Part shown: positions 1 to 15,399 of the stretch, piece by piece
How the letters are laid out: the number at the start of each line of letters is the position of its first letter
Numbering within the stretch: position 1 is the first letter of the stretch
Assembly (NCBI RefSeq): GCF_009914755.1
Contig: NC_060946.1
Source of the DNA: the human T2T-CHM13v2.0 reference genome, Homo sapiens
Strand: one strand, 5' to 3'
Length of the DNA: 64,000 nt
The notes under the pieces: generated by a model
What the model was told of the DNA's origin: nothing
Seen by the model: the letters and a program-made list of their open reading frames with translations, nothing else
Databases searched by the model: none
Made by a program: the position numbers and the translations under genes

Positions 1-300
1 CCCTAGTGTTTATTGTTGTCATCTTTAGTCCATGAGTACTTGATGTTTAGCTTAGAATAACGGCCTCCAGCTGCATCCATGTTGCTGCAAAGGACATGAT
101 TTCATTCTCTTTATGGCTGCGTAGTATTCCTGGTGTATATGTGCCACATTTTCTTTATCCATTCCACTGTCGACAGGCAGTTGGGTTGATTTGATGCCTT
201 GCTATTATGAACAGCATGGTAATGAGCATACAAATGCATGTGTCTTTTCAGTATGATGATCTATTTTCCTTTGGGTAGACACCCAATAATGGGAGTGCTG
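1..300 (-). mobile_element. L1 3' fragment (L1PB/L1MA-like)
   Basis: Antisense L1 ORF2-end/3'UTR motifs, e.g. 'catccatgttgctgcaaaggacatgatttcattc...tatggctgcgtagtattcc'. Confidence 0.85.
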
Positions 301-529
301 AGAACCTACCTTTTGAGGAAAGGAGTCACCAAGTCACATTGCAAAGAGGAGTGCATATAGGTTGGAAAGAATTTTTGGTCATATTTTGTAGTCTATCACA
401 TCTGAGACACTTCACCCCAGTAATTTTAAAAATAATAGTAATAATAATAATGATAATAATATATGCATATTTAGTGAGCACCTACTAGGAGCCAGGCAGT
501 GCTAAACACATAGCACACCTTATTTATTT

Positions 530-1197
530 ATTTATTGTTGTGGTAAAATATATGCAAGACAAAATGTACCATTTTAACCATTTTTAGGCATACAGTTCAA
601 CGGCATTAGGGGCATTCACAATGTCATGCAAACATCACCACTATCCATTTCCAGAATATTGAATCATCGCAGACAGAAACTCTGTCCCTTTTAAAATGAT
701 AAGTCCATAGCCTCTGGTACCCTCTACTCCAGGGGTCCCCAACCCCCAGGCCAAGGATGGCTACTGGTTGGTGGCCTGTGAGGAACTGGATTGCACAGCA
801 GGAGGGGAGCGGCAGGTGAGTGAGCATTACTGCCTGAACTTTGCCTCCTGTTAGATCAGTGGTGGCATTAGATTCTCATAGAAGCACCAGCCCTATTGTG
901 AACTGCGCATGTGAGGGAACTAGGCTGTGCATTCCTTATGAGAATCTAATGCCTGATGATCTGAGGTGCAACAGTTTCATCCTGAAAGCTTTCTGCCCCA
1001 CCCCCCACCCCCCACCAGTCACTGGTGCCAAAAAGGTTGGGGATCATTGCCCTATTCCACTTTCTGTCTCTGTGAATTTGCCTATCCTAGGTACCTCCTA
1101 TAGGTAGAGTCATCAATATCTGTGCTTTGGTGTCCAGCATCTTCCCCTTAGCACTATGTCTTCAACATTTATTCATCTTGTAGTAGGTTTCAGAGTT
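530..1197 (-). mobile_element. Old L1 (L1MB-like) 3' fragment interrupted by MER1
   Basis: 'aaaatgtaccattttaaccattttt...catcaccactatccatttccagaa'; resumes after 1057 with 'ctttctgtctctgtgaatttgcct'. Confidence 0.75.
730..1049 (+). mobile_element. MER1B-like hAT-Charlie DNA transposon
   Basis: Termini caggggtccccaacc / ggttggggatcattg; internal tagattctcatag...tatgagaatcta palindrome; degenerate 8-bp TSD ctctactc (722-729) / ccctattc (1050-1057). Confidence 0.9.
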
Positions 1198-1779
1198 TAA
1201 TCCTCACAGCAATCCCCCAAGGCAACAGAGGCTCAGAGAAGTACCAAGGTTGACTGGTCCAGGGCCACACAGCTGGTAAGAGGGGTGGGGTGGCCTGAAC
1301 TCCGATCTCCTGGACTCTGAGGAGTGGGAGTGTGCTGGTCACTTTTCACTTCTCCATCCTGCTGCCCAGGGCACGTGCTGGGCCTCCCTGGTCTCACTAC
1401 CCATAGCCAAACCACGGCTCGATAAGGCAACCCCCCCACAACAAAGCCATCCATTTATTTCCCACTCTGGGCTCCCCCCCCAGCCAGGGCCAAAACAATC
1501 ACTTTTTCATCGATTCTGCTTCAATTAATTAAAAAATCCATCCAACTACTCCACAGCTTGATAGACTTTGAGGATTCAGACGGAAATAAATAAATTAGTC
1601 CTGGAACAATGAGGGTGGAAGAGAAATGGCTGGGGATAGGGGGAGTGGGAGATGGGGGTGCTCAGATCCTGGGTCCAGCTCTGTGCTGCTATTCGCAGAA
1701 CTTATAGGAGGACTGGGGGCCCCCATAGACTTTCCGTCAGGGAGCAGGGGCCCCAGACTTGGTGGTTGTATTATTAGTA

Positions 1780-1960
1780 GTATTTTAAATAATAGCTGTT
1801 TTTACTGGGCATTACTTGGTGATGGGCTTTTATGCAAATTTTCTCATCAATCCCTCATGGCAGCTCTCTGAGTCAGATGAGGAAACAAGCTCAGAGGAGC
1901 TGGGTTACTTGTCAGAGCCTACGCAGCTAGAATGCATCAGGGGAAAATTCTGTTTCTTAG
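1780..1960. mobile_element. MIR SINE fragment (representative; many other MIR fragments lie across 1-50 kb)
   Basis: Degenerate MIR core 'cagatgaggaaacaagctcagaggag...gttacttgtc'. Confidence 0.65.
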
Positions 1961-2304
1961 TCCTTCATGCCCCTCTTTTGGGGTGCGTTTTTTCATTTGT
2001 CCAGTGAAGGGCTATGAGGGAAAAGGGCATGGGGCAGGGTTCTGTGGCTGGCAGGGAGTCTAGGTCACTGTCTCTAAGAGGGGAGCGCTTGGGTGTAGAA
2101 CCCCTGGGAAGTTATTTAGAGCTATAAGAGATCTTACCCGATCATTTGCTTTGATGGCTTTCAAACTAGTTTTAATTTGCAAAATCTAATGTTGAAGTGA
2201 GATCCTATGTAGGTTTGCCACGTAAGGGAAAAACAAAAAGGAACAAATAAACACACGAAGATGCTTGGTTGAATAGCATCAATATTAGCAACAATAATAA
2301 CTGG

Positions 2305-2483
2305 CCTTAAGGTGCTGGAGCTGACTACCGGTCCTTTGTTAAATATTCAGGAGTTTTGTAAGCAAGTTATGCTATTGGGTTGAAATAAGTTATAGCGGAA
2401 GTACTTACACCACAGAAATGGGCTAGTGCTACAAATCAGTACTCCTCCCCACTCCTGAGAGCCGTTTTACTAGCATACCACTG
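2305..2483. mobile_element. Old hAT-like DNA element fragment
   Basis: Ends 'tagcataccactg'; shares 'ctacaaatcag' and terminal motifs with the split element at 50600-51792. Confidence 0.5.
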
Positions 2484-2542
2484 ACAATAACCATTTAATG
2501 AACATTTGCTGAGTGTCAGATACTGTGTTGAGTGCTTTATTA

Positions 2543-2880
<338 letters not shown>

Positions 2881-4213
2881 TTACATTTAAACCACATTGT
2901 AAGGAAGATACTATTAATATACCCATCTCTCAGATAGGAACACTGAGGCTTGGGGAGGTGTATGTAGCCACTTACACAAAGTTAACAACTGGCAAATGTT
3001 AGTGCTTACCTCATTCAAATCCCTGACTCTATCTCAAGTACCATGAAGTGTTTTTTAAATATTACTGAATCCCAGAGAGAAGAATCAGAGGGACAGACTT
3101 TCTCAGGATTGCACAGGGCACACAGCAAGTTGGGTGAAGGGCTGGGACCAGGACCCCACAACTTGTTCTAGGTTAGGAGGAAACAGGTGCAGATGTTTTC
3201 AGTGGGAAACTAGAGATAAAAAGTAATTGGGGCTCTGTCACAATATCCCTACTCCCTGGAAGGTCCATCCTGGGGGTACGACAACCCTTTTGCCTCCTAT
3301 TTGAAAGTGTAGGAGAGTCTGTCTACTAGACAGTCTCAAACCTCCATCCTGCCTGGGAACATTCAGTGGCCTCATCTCCATGGCAGGATGGACAGCAGGT
3401 GTCCTCAGCTCTCAGGGATGCAAAGATAGCAACCACCTTGTATGGTTCTATTCAATTAAATGCCTGGCTTCTCACCAGCCAGAGAAGGCAACCCTGAAAA
3501 CCAAGCTACGATGGGGAAGGGAAAGTTCTCCCAGCAGGGTGTCCTCACCTGTCCAGAGCCCTGCAGCCTGCAGAAAAACAGGAGTGGAAACCAGGGAGGG
3601 AAGGGCAGGGCTAGGTTTGTCTCTCGCCCCTCTCCTGCTGCTTCCTTATTTCTGTAGCTTTATGATAAAGGGGTGAACACCGGGCAGGAGACACAGGGAG
3701 TCCTCAAAAGCTGGGGGTCCAGTCAGGGTGCACACACAGGGTTGGGAAGAACCTTGATTCATATTTTGCAATTGACCATATCTGAGAATGCCTCCTCTCG
3801 CTCCAGGAACCAGGCTGAGAGGCTGCAGCCACAGTTCTAGGGATTTATCTAAGATCCTCCCTGAGGCTTGTGTCCCCTGGAGATCCCAGGGATCCCAGCT
3901 AGAAGAGCTTGAATGCCTCAGCCAGGGAATCCCTTCTGAGCCTCCAGCTGGGGCAGGAGTTGTCCCAGGACACAGCAGGTAACTGGCCATGAAAGAGAAA
4001 AGAGGCTCATATATATCGAATATGTGCTATATGATGCAAACATAATGATCTGGCTCTCATCATGTCTTCTCAAAGAATGATCTCCATTTTACAGATAAGG
4101 AAAACTAAGGCTCAGAAAGGGCAAGCATCTTATACTAGTTCACACAGCCAAAAAGTGGCTGAACTCAGAATCCAAGCTCCTAAATGTAGATTTTTTTTTT
4201 CAGTTTTCTAGAG

Positions 4214-4680
4214 CAGTGCTGTCCAACACAAATGTAATACAAGCCACATATGTAATTTAAGCTTTTCTATTTTTGTTGTTAATTCTTTTGTTAATTAAAT
4301 TTTCTATTTAATATTCACTCTTTGGGTGATGGGTACACTAAAAGTCCAGATGTCACCGCTATCTATGCAATATATGTATGTAAGAAATCGGAACTTGTAC
4401 TCCCTATATATACAAAAATTAAAAAAAAAATTCAAGCAGCTTCATTAAAAAAGTTTGACAAGTAACAAGTGAAATGAATGTTAATATTTAATTTAACCAA
4501 TACATCAAAATTATCATTTCATTATGTAATCAATAGAAACGGTGATGAATGAGATGTTTCACTTTTTTTCATTCTAAAGATTTTACACTTGAACTTACAG
4601 CGCAGCTCCATTCAGATGAGCTACCTTTCAAGCGCTCAGTAGCTTACTGTAGCTTGCAGCTACTGTATTGGACAGTGCAG
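4214..4680. mobile_element. MER33-like hAT-Charlie element
   Basis: Termini cagtgctgtccaa / ttggacagtgcag; TSD-like ttctagag (4206-4213) / ctctagaa (4681-4688). Confidence 0.8.
4305..4430 (+). mobile_element. Short L1 3' terminal fragment with poly(A), nested in MER33
   Basis: 'gggtgatgggtacactaaaag...atgcaatatat...atgtaa...cttgtactccct' followed by A-tail. Confidence 0.8.
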
Positions 4681-5166
4681 CTCTAGAAGTGGGGACATAT
4701 GCTCAGAAGGTAAAGCAAAAGAGCATTCTCACATTCTCTCTTGCTCACTTTCTCCTTTTCTTCTTTATGATACCTTATACCTGTGTTGCTAGCTAAGATG
4801 TAATATTATAATAGCTCATTGCTCCTTACATGTCAGAAGCACCTCTGGGCTGTGGTGCAGGACCTGTCTCATTAAGAATCATACCAGCCCTTGGAAGGAA
4901 ATATTACTACCCCTGTTTTGCAGTGGAGAAAACTGAGGCTAAGAGACGGGAAATACTGCCTCGAATCATACTGCATGCAACATGTCATAGCCAGTATATA
5001 ATCCCGGGGCCCCTGATGCCACGTTGCAATTCTTAACTGCTAAGCCTGGTCAGTGGTTAACTTTTGTCCTTAATCCTGTCTCTTCCCATTCACTCTCCTG
5101 AGCTCAAAGCCACAGGAAGAGGCTGCCTGGAGTCTTTCAACCATGCCTGTTGAAAGTAGATGGCCA

Positions 5167-5619
<453 letters not shown>

Positions 5620-5861
5620 TTACAGCAAAGTGCCTATAGACAGGTACTAGCTAGATACTACAGCATAGTGCCTATAGCTAATAATATTGTATTGTACACT
5701 TAAAATTTGCTCAGAGGGTAGATCTTACACTAAATGCTCTTAATAATATAAATGACACAGGAGAAAATTTTGGGAGATAGTGGATATACCTAAGGCCTTG
5801 ATGGTGGTGATGGCTTCACTGGTGTATACTTATTCCCGGACTAATGTAGTTGTAGCCTTAA

Positions 5862-6296
<435 letters not shown>

Positions 6297-7279
6297 TGAT
6301 TTTAAAAATAAATAAAACTTAACAATTTTTAAAGAAATAAAAAAACACATATATAAATAAATACATTAAATATGCCAAAAAAAAAAAGAAGTGAATGGGC
6401 CTGCTGTGGCTCCCCGACGTGGCTGTGGTCCCCAAGGGTCCGTGGCGCTGTAAATGCTGAGATTCATAGGTCTGTGCCATGTTCCTCCAGCTCCGGATGC
6501 AACTTGGGAATTGGTGTGTTCTGGAGTCACAAGACCAGGAACACATCCCGGCCTTTGCACTTCTGGGCTGTGTGGCCTTGAGCAAGTCACCTCACCTCTC
6601 TGGACCACAGTCTCCTTGTGTCTGACAATGGTCTCTAGACTCCCCTTGTTATGGGATGGATGCTACCAAGCAGCAGCTTGTTTTTCCTTCACCCTATTTT
6701 GTGGATGGGAAAGCTGAGGCCCAGAGAGGCCAGGAGGCTTAGCTGGGGTCCCCAGGGAAGGAGTGACAGAGTTAGGACAGAATTGAGGCCTCCCAGGCAC
6801 AACCATCTTATTTCCACAAGACTCCCCAGCCCTGGACATCTTGGAAGAAAGACGCATGCACCTTGCCTGACGCCCAGACTGCCATTGGTCAAACATTCCC
6901 TGACTCTTCCCAGCCTCAGCTCCTTGACTGAGCCCTGAGTCTGACAACCCACAATTCCTGCTCATATTAGGTGAGATGGGCCACCTGTCCAAAAAAGATT
7001 TATCTGGGGCTTGGAACAAGTGAGAGAATGAGGCAGACCCAGAGAGCTGCTCAGAGACGCCACAAGTCTATTTTCCTCCAATGGGGCCATTGAGGGGTTG
7101 GACCACCTGCGAGGCCTTGTTTCAGTTTGTCTGTTTTTAATCCTTCTCCTGAAAACAAGCGGTTTCAAGTGAGAAGTGTGATTTTCTGTGCACTCCATCA
7201 AAGGTGCTTATTGAGCACTGAGATGTCACAGAGTTTTTGGTTCATCCAATGGGCATCTTCTGAAAGTCTACAATAAATT

Positions 7280-7640
7280 TATCCATTCATTCACTCGTTC
7301 ATTTAGTCATCCAACAAGCATTTATAACGACCTCTGGGCAAAAGGCCAGGCACCATGCTAAGCTGTGAGGATTCAGAGATAAAAACTTGGGCTCCCATCT
7401 TTAAGGTTCACTGTCTATACGACAAACATGCTGCTACGGGTCAATTGGTACTGTGCTAGTTGACCAGATATGTGTACAATGAACTATGTCAATGAAGGAG
7501 TGAAGGGAAAGCTTCCCAGCTGAAGGGCTGTTTGACTTGGGCTCTGAGGGTTGAGTAGGAGTTCATTAGGCAGAGATGAGTGTTGTAGGTAGTGGGATTA
7601 GCATGAATGATGTAGAAGAGAAATTACGTATATAGAGGTG
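7280..7640. mobile_element. L2 3' fragment
   Basis: 'cattcattcactcgttcattt...caacaagcattta...ccaggcaccatgctaag' typical of the L2 3' end. Confidence 0.6.
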
Positions 7641-9089
7641 AAGTGTTATTTGACTAACACGTGGAATATCTGAAAGTATAAATCTGTGTGTGTGTGTGGG
7701 TGGGAGGTAGGGGTCATAGTGGGATGGAAAGCTAACAAGGTGGAATGAGACAAATTAACAAGATCCTTGAATGCCACACCCTGGACAGTAAATTTTACTC
7801 AGCTGGCACAGGAGAATGCAGCAGAGATTTTTATCTAAGGAAAAATGGGATCCATGCATTTTTAAAAGGGCTGGATGCAGCAGGAATTTTGCCCCCTTCA
7901 GGGTCTTATAGGGAATTGAGTGGATAAGATAGATTGTACTTCTTTCCCCAGAAAGTACAGCTAGCTGGGACTCTTGAGCGCTGAGGCTCAGTTTAAGTCC
8001 TGCCACTTCCAGGTAGCCTTCTGTGATCACTCCTTCTCCGGATGTTTGGCTGGTGAGAGCACTGGGGCGTCATCTGCACATGGATTTGAACTCTAGACCC
8101 ATGTTAAACAAGCTCTGCTCTCTTAAGAAGGCATCTCATCCCTAGGACTCTCACGTTCCTCTTCTCAGAAAGGAACCTGATAATGACTAGAATATTATCC
8201 TGGCAGGACCGTTCTGAAAATCAAATGAGATCATGGATGGGGAGGTGCCTGGTGCTGGGTCTCACTCCCTGGCAAGTGGGGCCAGGAAGTGAGTCTGCAG
8301 AGTCTTTCCCTGATCACTCAAATTGGATGCTCTGAAAGTTTCTGTCCTATTCCCCCTCCCTCTCAGAGATACTCGCTCTGACACTAACAGTTTTATTTCT
8401 GGAATGGAGGATCAGGGACAAAGCGGACCCTCTTAGTTCCAGGAGTGCCCATAAATTATGGGAAGATGAGAATATTTTAATACAAACCAAAGAATCTCAC
8501 GTACAAAGAGCTGCTCTGAGAACGTGTTTTCTTCCCCCTTACTCCCCCTTCCAATTCCCCTGATATTTGGAGCTAAGAAGACTCCTTGGGGAATTTATAA
8601 CAAGTAGAATATTTAAGGGTAAGGAGCCAGAGGTCTCTTTGGCGTTCACTTTTCAGGGAAGTCACCTCAGAGTGGTATGTACATGAGTGACATAAAAGGA
8701 AGGTTGTGCATAGAGAAGGGGAGAATATGCCAAGAATTGTCAATTATGCAAAAAAAAAAATTGCTTGTCCAAAAGAGTGATGTGTCTGGCTTTATTCCCC
8801 AGATAGAATTCAGCATTCTGGGCAAGGCCTTTGCCAGACTGTGAGATTTTCTGGAAGCGCCTGTGGCGTGGCTCCTCTGCCTCACCTGTGATGACAGGTC
8901 ACTGGGTCAGCTGGGGGTCACTTTCCACGTGCTCCATCAGAGACAGCCTTAGGATTTGTGCTTTGACCTATCTCACAGAGATCCTGCTATTCTGATTCCT
9001 TTGGTTGGGTGACAGTTTCCAGGAGGGACCTGGATTGGCGACGTGCTATGCCCAGTGCTATGCATGGGAGAAAAATCTCTTCAATGAAG

Positions 9090-9630
9090 GCATTAGTTAT
9101 GTATTGGCACAGTTAATGCTGCATAACAAACAGTAATGTAAGCTCAAGAGTATATAACAATATATTTTTTTCTTTGGCTCATAGGTCAGCTGGTTGGTTT
9201 TACTGATCTGAGCCAGGCTTGCCTAATCCCAGCTGGGCCTGCTCATGCAAGCTGGTGGGTTGGCTAGAGCTGACTGGTCTAGGATGGCCTCACTTGCATG
9301 TTCTATGGTTGACTAGCTGTTGGCAGGGGCGATGGAGGTGACTAGACCCCAGGTCTTGTGTCCCCCAGCAGGCTAGCCTGGGCTTTGCATGGGAGCTTGG
9401 AGGGTTCTACAAGAGAAAGTGAAAGCTTGTTAAGACCTAGGTGCAGAACTGGCCTGACGTCACTTCTGCCACATTCTATTGCCCAAGGCAAATCATATGG
9501 GCAGCTCAGATTCTAGAGGCGATGAAAAGTCTCCATCCTCCAATGGGCAGAGCTTCAAAGTTACATTGCAATGGGCATGGGGATAGGGAAGGGCAGATCC
9601 TTGGGGCTTATTTTTTTCAATCTGTCTACT
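9090..9630 (-). mobile_element. MLT1 (G/H-like) MaLR solo LTR
   Basis: 'ggtctaggatggcctcact', 'cagcaggctagcctgggctt', 'tcacttctgccacattctattg'. Confidence 0.8.
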
Positions 9631-9659
9631 GAAATGGATAAACAGAAGTAGTTAGTTTC

Positions 9660-10100
9660 ACTGACAAGTATTACTAGCACCTCTGTGTTGAGTCTTATGC
9701 TAGGTGCTGGCAGAGGTGGTGAATATGAGACAGTCCCATTCTGAGGGTAAGACACAGACATAGAAATGGATGATTGTGATCCACTGTCAGTGCTGTAATT
9801 GGGGAAGCTCAGGCAGCGGTGGGAGACCAGAGGAGGCTCACACACTCCCTGGAGGTCAGGGAAGGCTTCCTGGAGGAGGTCGCTCCTGATCTGAGTCTTG
9901 ACATTTGAGTGGGAGCTCACAGGGTGAGGGAGGTGGCAAGAGGGGTGACGGGAGGAGGAGAAATCAGTCCAAGAAGAGGAAGCAGTGAGTGCACAAAGGC
10001 ATGCACGTGAGAGGGACCTGTTAGAGAGAGAGGCCAGGGCATAGAGCAAGGGACAAGGCCTGGCCTAGCTTAGGTCACAATGTCCCTTGGAATTAGGAGA
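9660..10100. mobile_element. L2 fragment
   Basis: 'gtcagggaaggcttcctggaggagg...tgatctgagtcttga'. Confidence 0.65.
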
Positions 10101-10992
10101 CTGTTGGCTTGAGATATCCACCACACCCAGAGCAGGGTTTTGAGGGGTGTTCTGATAAAGGGGTGAGGGAAATGTTGAGCAGAGCCTTATTAATAACAAC
10201 GAAACCCCTCCAGTCGCCCACCTCCCCCAAACACGAAACATCAGCTGCCAGCCAAGTCTGCTGCGAGCTGGGGTCTCAAGGCAGATATAATCCCTGCTCC
10301 CAAAAACCTTACCAGGTCTCAGAGACATGCGTCAGCTCCTCAGCTTTCCAGGGTCTGCAGGAAAAGTGAGGAGCAGCTCTTGATGGCCACTAACCCGTAG
10401 CCCCACCACAACCCACCCTGCAGATCCCATCACTCTGCAGATCCCATCATCCTGCTTCCTTTCCTTCCCTGGGATTAGATACACCTGAAATTGTTGTTCT
10501 CTCTGTTCACTTTGTCCCCAGCCGACTCCCCCAGGCACCTCCTGAGATGTTGGGCTCCATCAAAGTGGCCACCATGTCTTTTTGTCCTTCATCTCGGTTT
10601 CTTTAGTACCCGAGTCAGCACCTGGGCATGATGGGTGCCGAAACTGTCTTGGCAGAGTAAAGGACAGGCCAGCTCCCTGCAAGATGCTGAGCAAGCCATG
10701 TGCTCTTTCTGAGCCTCAGTTTGCACATCTGTAATTCGGGGATGTTGTACAGCAGCCAATTCTGCCACTATTTTCTGAGATCCTGCTTGCAGCTGGACCC
10801 TGGCTTAATATACTGGAGAGAATTTCCAGGAGAGATTCTGACCCACGGATTTTCTTGCCTGTGGACAATTGTCAGAATTCTCCACCTTCTAGGGTGCGAG
10901 GATGGATTATGGAGAAATGGACATAAAGCAGGTGGCAGGAAACTTACAAAGGGGAGGCATTTCTGTCTGACTTCACATTTCCCATCAGCGGG

Positions 10993-11172
<180 letters not shown>

Positions 11173-13189
11173 TCAAAACTTTCTGCATCCTGAGGGGCAT
11201 GCCCAAGTTTACCTGTGCTCACAGAGGAAGGAGGTGTACAAACCCACATGGGAGTTATTTTCCAGTGTGATTGACACTCCACACCCATCTAAGTGCGGCT
11301 GGCATGGAAGTGGTGGCCCCGCAGGCAGGACCCATCCTTATCTTTGCCTGGGAGCTTTTTAAAAGGTTACCGGACACCCACTTCCACTTCCCCCCCTTAA
11401 GCTCTGTTTCTGAGTCTCTTTTATTTGAATCCAGGGAAACTAGCTGAATGTAAAGCCATCAAAACCAAAGTGACCCGAGATGTCCGATTGGCCCATATTG
11501 GCCAGAAAATGAGTATTTCCCACCTTCCAGGAGGGTCTGTTTGCCCCAACATCCTGAAACCTCAACCCCCTCCTTCCCCAGGAAAAGGAAGGAGCAGCTG
11601 GCTCAAATTGCTCCCCCAAATTCCTGGCCTGGCAGTGGTTAAAATGTGATCCCTTTTATTCGAGTAATAGAGAGGAAGTTCCCGGGCCTTCAAGAAGCAT
11701 CAATCCAGAGATTTATTAACCAATTTAAAATACTATTGTCTTTCACTTCAGAGCAAGATTGAGGGGTGTTGTTGCAGGAATGTAAAGTCAGAGTGACTGA
11801 GCCTCAGAGCCAGGAGGGGTCTGTACCTGGGACTCAATAGATATTCATGAACATTCCCGTATTTAGTGAAGGAAATAACTTAATACCGACAGTGCGATGG
11901 AATAATAGCTATTTCCTGGCTGACTTGCAGGCCTCAGAAAATGAGATTGCAGTGGCTTCATTTTTCTTGTCTTTTCCTGTGCTCCCTGCCAGAGAAGGAG
12001 CTGCCACTGGGATTCTCTCTGCATTTGCAATGAGCTGGGGCCTGCAGCCCCCACCCAGGCCTGGTGACTCCCTTATCACCCCTTCTATTTGCTGTGACCT
12101 TGGCCTCGGCTTCATGGAGAGGTCACCCTGCACCCTGTTTAGCTGTACAGATGACCAGGAAAGTAGATCAACCTTTATTCAGACGGAGGGGCAGGCAGAC
12201 TGGTTTATTTGAGGATGATTTTGACATTCATCCACTCATTCATTCACTCAGTATTCACTGAGGGTCTACCTATCACACTCTGAATGCTGAGGACACAAAC
12301 ATGAATACTGTCCAGTCCTTCTCTCTTGCAACTTGGTCCACTGAAAGAGCCACACACTAAAGCATTTCAGGGACCCCTAGAGGTGTCCACACAAGGCTTA
12401 GAAAGCCTCAGAAAAAAATGAGATCGTGATACTTAGAAAGACAGAAGATCAGGAATGACATCAGCAGGGACATGCCTCTTAAAAGTTGCCAAGGTCTGAT
12501 TCATCAAAAGACCACCTGCCAAGCACTTTACCCGCTTTGTTTCATTTGGATCTCATAGAAGCTTCATGATGTGCACTTTGTCGTTCTCCCCATTTTATAG
12601 GTGATGAGATGAGGCTCATCCAGATGCATTGGCTTCCCCAAGGTTAACCGGCCAGAAAGCGGCAGGGTCAGGATTTGAGCCCGTGTTTGTTGGATTCTGA
12701 TTCCGGGCTCTGGAGGGCCTCAGTGTCCTGCTGGTCTTTGCCCAGGTGGTAGGTGTAGGGAGGGTATTTCAGGCAGTGGGCACAGCCTGGGTAAAGGCAC
12801 AGAGATGTGGAATGGTCGACCTGATGCTTTGGGGGACTCTAAGTGGTCACTTATGGGTTGATGGCAAGATGGGAGTGGGTGCTGGGGCACAGCTGAGTGG
12901 AAACCAGGGTAGAGAGAGGTGTAGAGGGGCGTCCTGAGGAGTTTGGACCTGAACTGGTAGACAAAAGGGGGAACTAATGAATGATTTTAGCTTGGAGACA
13001 GGGGAGGCTCTATGCACGATATAATCTGGCCCTCCAGACTGATCTCCATCCTTCACCATCCAGCCCTGAGCCCAGGAAACTGATATGCGTGGACCAGGTC
13101 AACAGATTCTCTCTGGCTCTGGCTGGGTTCCGCCAATGAGGATCCCCAGCAGGAGATCAGAGGAGAGGGAGAGGAAGGGCAGGGGTTCA

Positions 13190-13440
13190 TCCTCTGGTTT
13201 CCTGGGCTGGCTGTGGCCTTTGACTGAAGGTCATCAAAGTGATCTAACCCCACTCTCCCTCCTTCTAGGTTATGGTAGCCTCCCTCTCCCCTCATTCAGG
13301 CCTAAGCCGGGGAAGTAGCTCAGCTGCTTCCAGCCAAGGTTATCTCCATTCCACCCACACCTTTGGAATGAGTCCCTTTGTAAATAAACTCTCCTCCATT
13401 GACCTTAACTTGAGAGTGCCACCCATTTCCCTCCGACCCA
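13190..13440 (+). mobile_element. Old ERVL-class LTR fragment (family uncertain)
   Basis: 'ttgtaaataaactctcctc...ttgagagtgccacccatttcc' resembles an LTR poly(A)/U5 end. Confidence 0.45.
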
Positions 13441-13464
13441 CATAGCTCCTTTGGGCCATCTTAC

Positions 13465-13876
13465 GTGCAAGTCAGAAATCTCAAGATCAAGGTGTCCAAA
13501 GGACCAACCACATTCCTTCTGGCGGCTCCAGGAAAAGAACCTTGCCTTTTCCAGCTTCTAGAAACACTCCTTGGTTCATGACCCCTTCCTTCAGCTTTAA
13601 AGCCAACAGGGTAGCATATCCCAGTCACTCCCCTGCTCTCTTTGACCACATCTTTTCTCTTTTACTTGCACCCCTGCCCATCCTGCCCCCGACTCCCTTT
13701 ATAAGAATCTTCATGATCAAATTGGTCTTTCCTGGCTAACCCAGGATAATATCCTGTCTCAAAATCCCTAATGTAATCACATCTGCAAAGCCCCTTTTGC
13801 CATGTAAGATAACATATTCACAGGTTTTGGAGATTTGGATGTGGATGTATTGGGGGCCTTTATTGAACCTACTATA
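13465..13876 (-). mobile_element. MLT1 (C/D-like) MaLR LTR
   Basis: 'aagatcaaggtgtc', 'taatcacatctgcaaag...ttttgccatgtaagataacatattcacagg'. Confidence 0.85.
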
Positions 13877-14275
13877 GCCGGGGAAGTTTGGATTCAGAAA
13901 TCAAGCCAGGACAATATCACAAGTATATCTGCACTCTCACTAAGGCATGGGAATTAGCATATATGGGCATGAGGGCATGCCCCGGTTCTGGTTCCAGATT
14001 TCCTGAGTGACCTTGTGCAAGTCACTAAGCCTCTCCATGCTGCAGAATTCTCATCTATCAAATGAGTGACTTGTCCTGCATATGCTCTGAATCTGAGCTC
14101 AATTGTTCAAGAAGGTTTCAATGAGTATATATGTTCTCAAGGGGTCAGTATTCACAACCACATATTTGGGTAGGAAAAGATAAAACCCACCTATCCACAC
14201 CTCAAGCCACACCTCTGGCTTGGGAAGAAAGAGATGTGTCTGTTGTGTTAGGGACTGGGGGACCACCAGAGCAAG

Positions 14276-14601
14276 TTTTTTTTTGTTTTGTTTTGTTTCT
14301 TTCTGTTGGCCCTGGGGCCAGGGTTTGCTCTGTTACCCAGGCTGGAGGGTAGTGGTGTGATCATAGCTCACTGCAGTCTCTAACTCCAGGGCAGGCTCAA
14401 AGTATCCTCCTGCCTCGGTCTCCTAAATTGCTGGGACTACAGGCCTGCATCACCATGCTTGGCTAATTTTTAAATTTCTTGTAGAGACAGGGTCTCACTA
14501 TGTTGCCCAGGCTGCTCGCAAACTCTTATCCTCAAGTAACCCTCCTACCTCGACCTCCCAAAGTGCTGGGATTACAGGTGCAAGCCACCAGAGCACCTGC
14601 C
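14276..14601 (-). mobile_element. AluJ
   Basis: 'gatcatagctcactgcag', 'gtagagacagggtctcactatgttgcccaggctg' are AluJ-type diagnostics. Confidence 0.92.
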
Positions 14602-14604
14602 AGA

Positions 14605-15010
14605 AACTTACATTTTAGAATGAGTCCTCTGGGTGCTGGCGGAAAGTTTATTCTAAGGGGGCAAAAATGGAGGCAGGAAGACCATGGAGGAGGCTGCCGA
14701 GGTTGTTCAGGCAAAAGATAAGGTGCCTGGCCCTAGAGTGGGCCCAGCCAGGGTGGCAAGAGGTGGGAAGGTGTAAGTGATGCTGGGAGGTCTCCCTAAC
14801 AAGACATGGTGATGGACCAGGTATGGAGCTGGAAGAAGGAGATGACAAGGATGCTTTCTGGCCTCAGGGGGCTGGGTGGAGTTTGGCACCATCTGCTGAG
14901 CTGGGGCCTGTGAAGAGAAGCAGTTCTGGGTAAAAGGAAGATGCTGAGTTTATAAAGCACGCTGAAGTCAAGGAGCTGGAGATCATCCCATGGGGGCTGT
15001 CCAGAGAGAC
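14605..15010. mobile_element. L2 fragment
   Basis: 'ggaggcaggaagacca..ggaggctg...ttcaggcaaaagataaggtg', degenerate L2 body. Confidence 0.6.
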
Positions 15011-15059
15011 ACACGGATCTAGGTAGAACAATGCAGGTGTCAACAGCTCATAATGGTAG

Positions 15060-15399
<340 letters not shown>

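Noticed and set aside
9561-10049. 162-aa minus-strand ORF
   Set aside because: Lies over L2 and MLT1 remnants; no coding signature.
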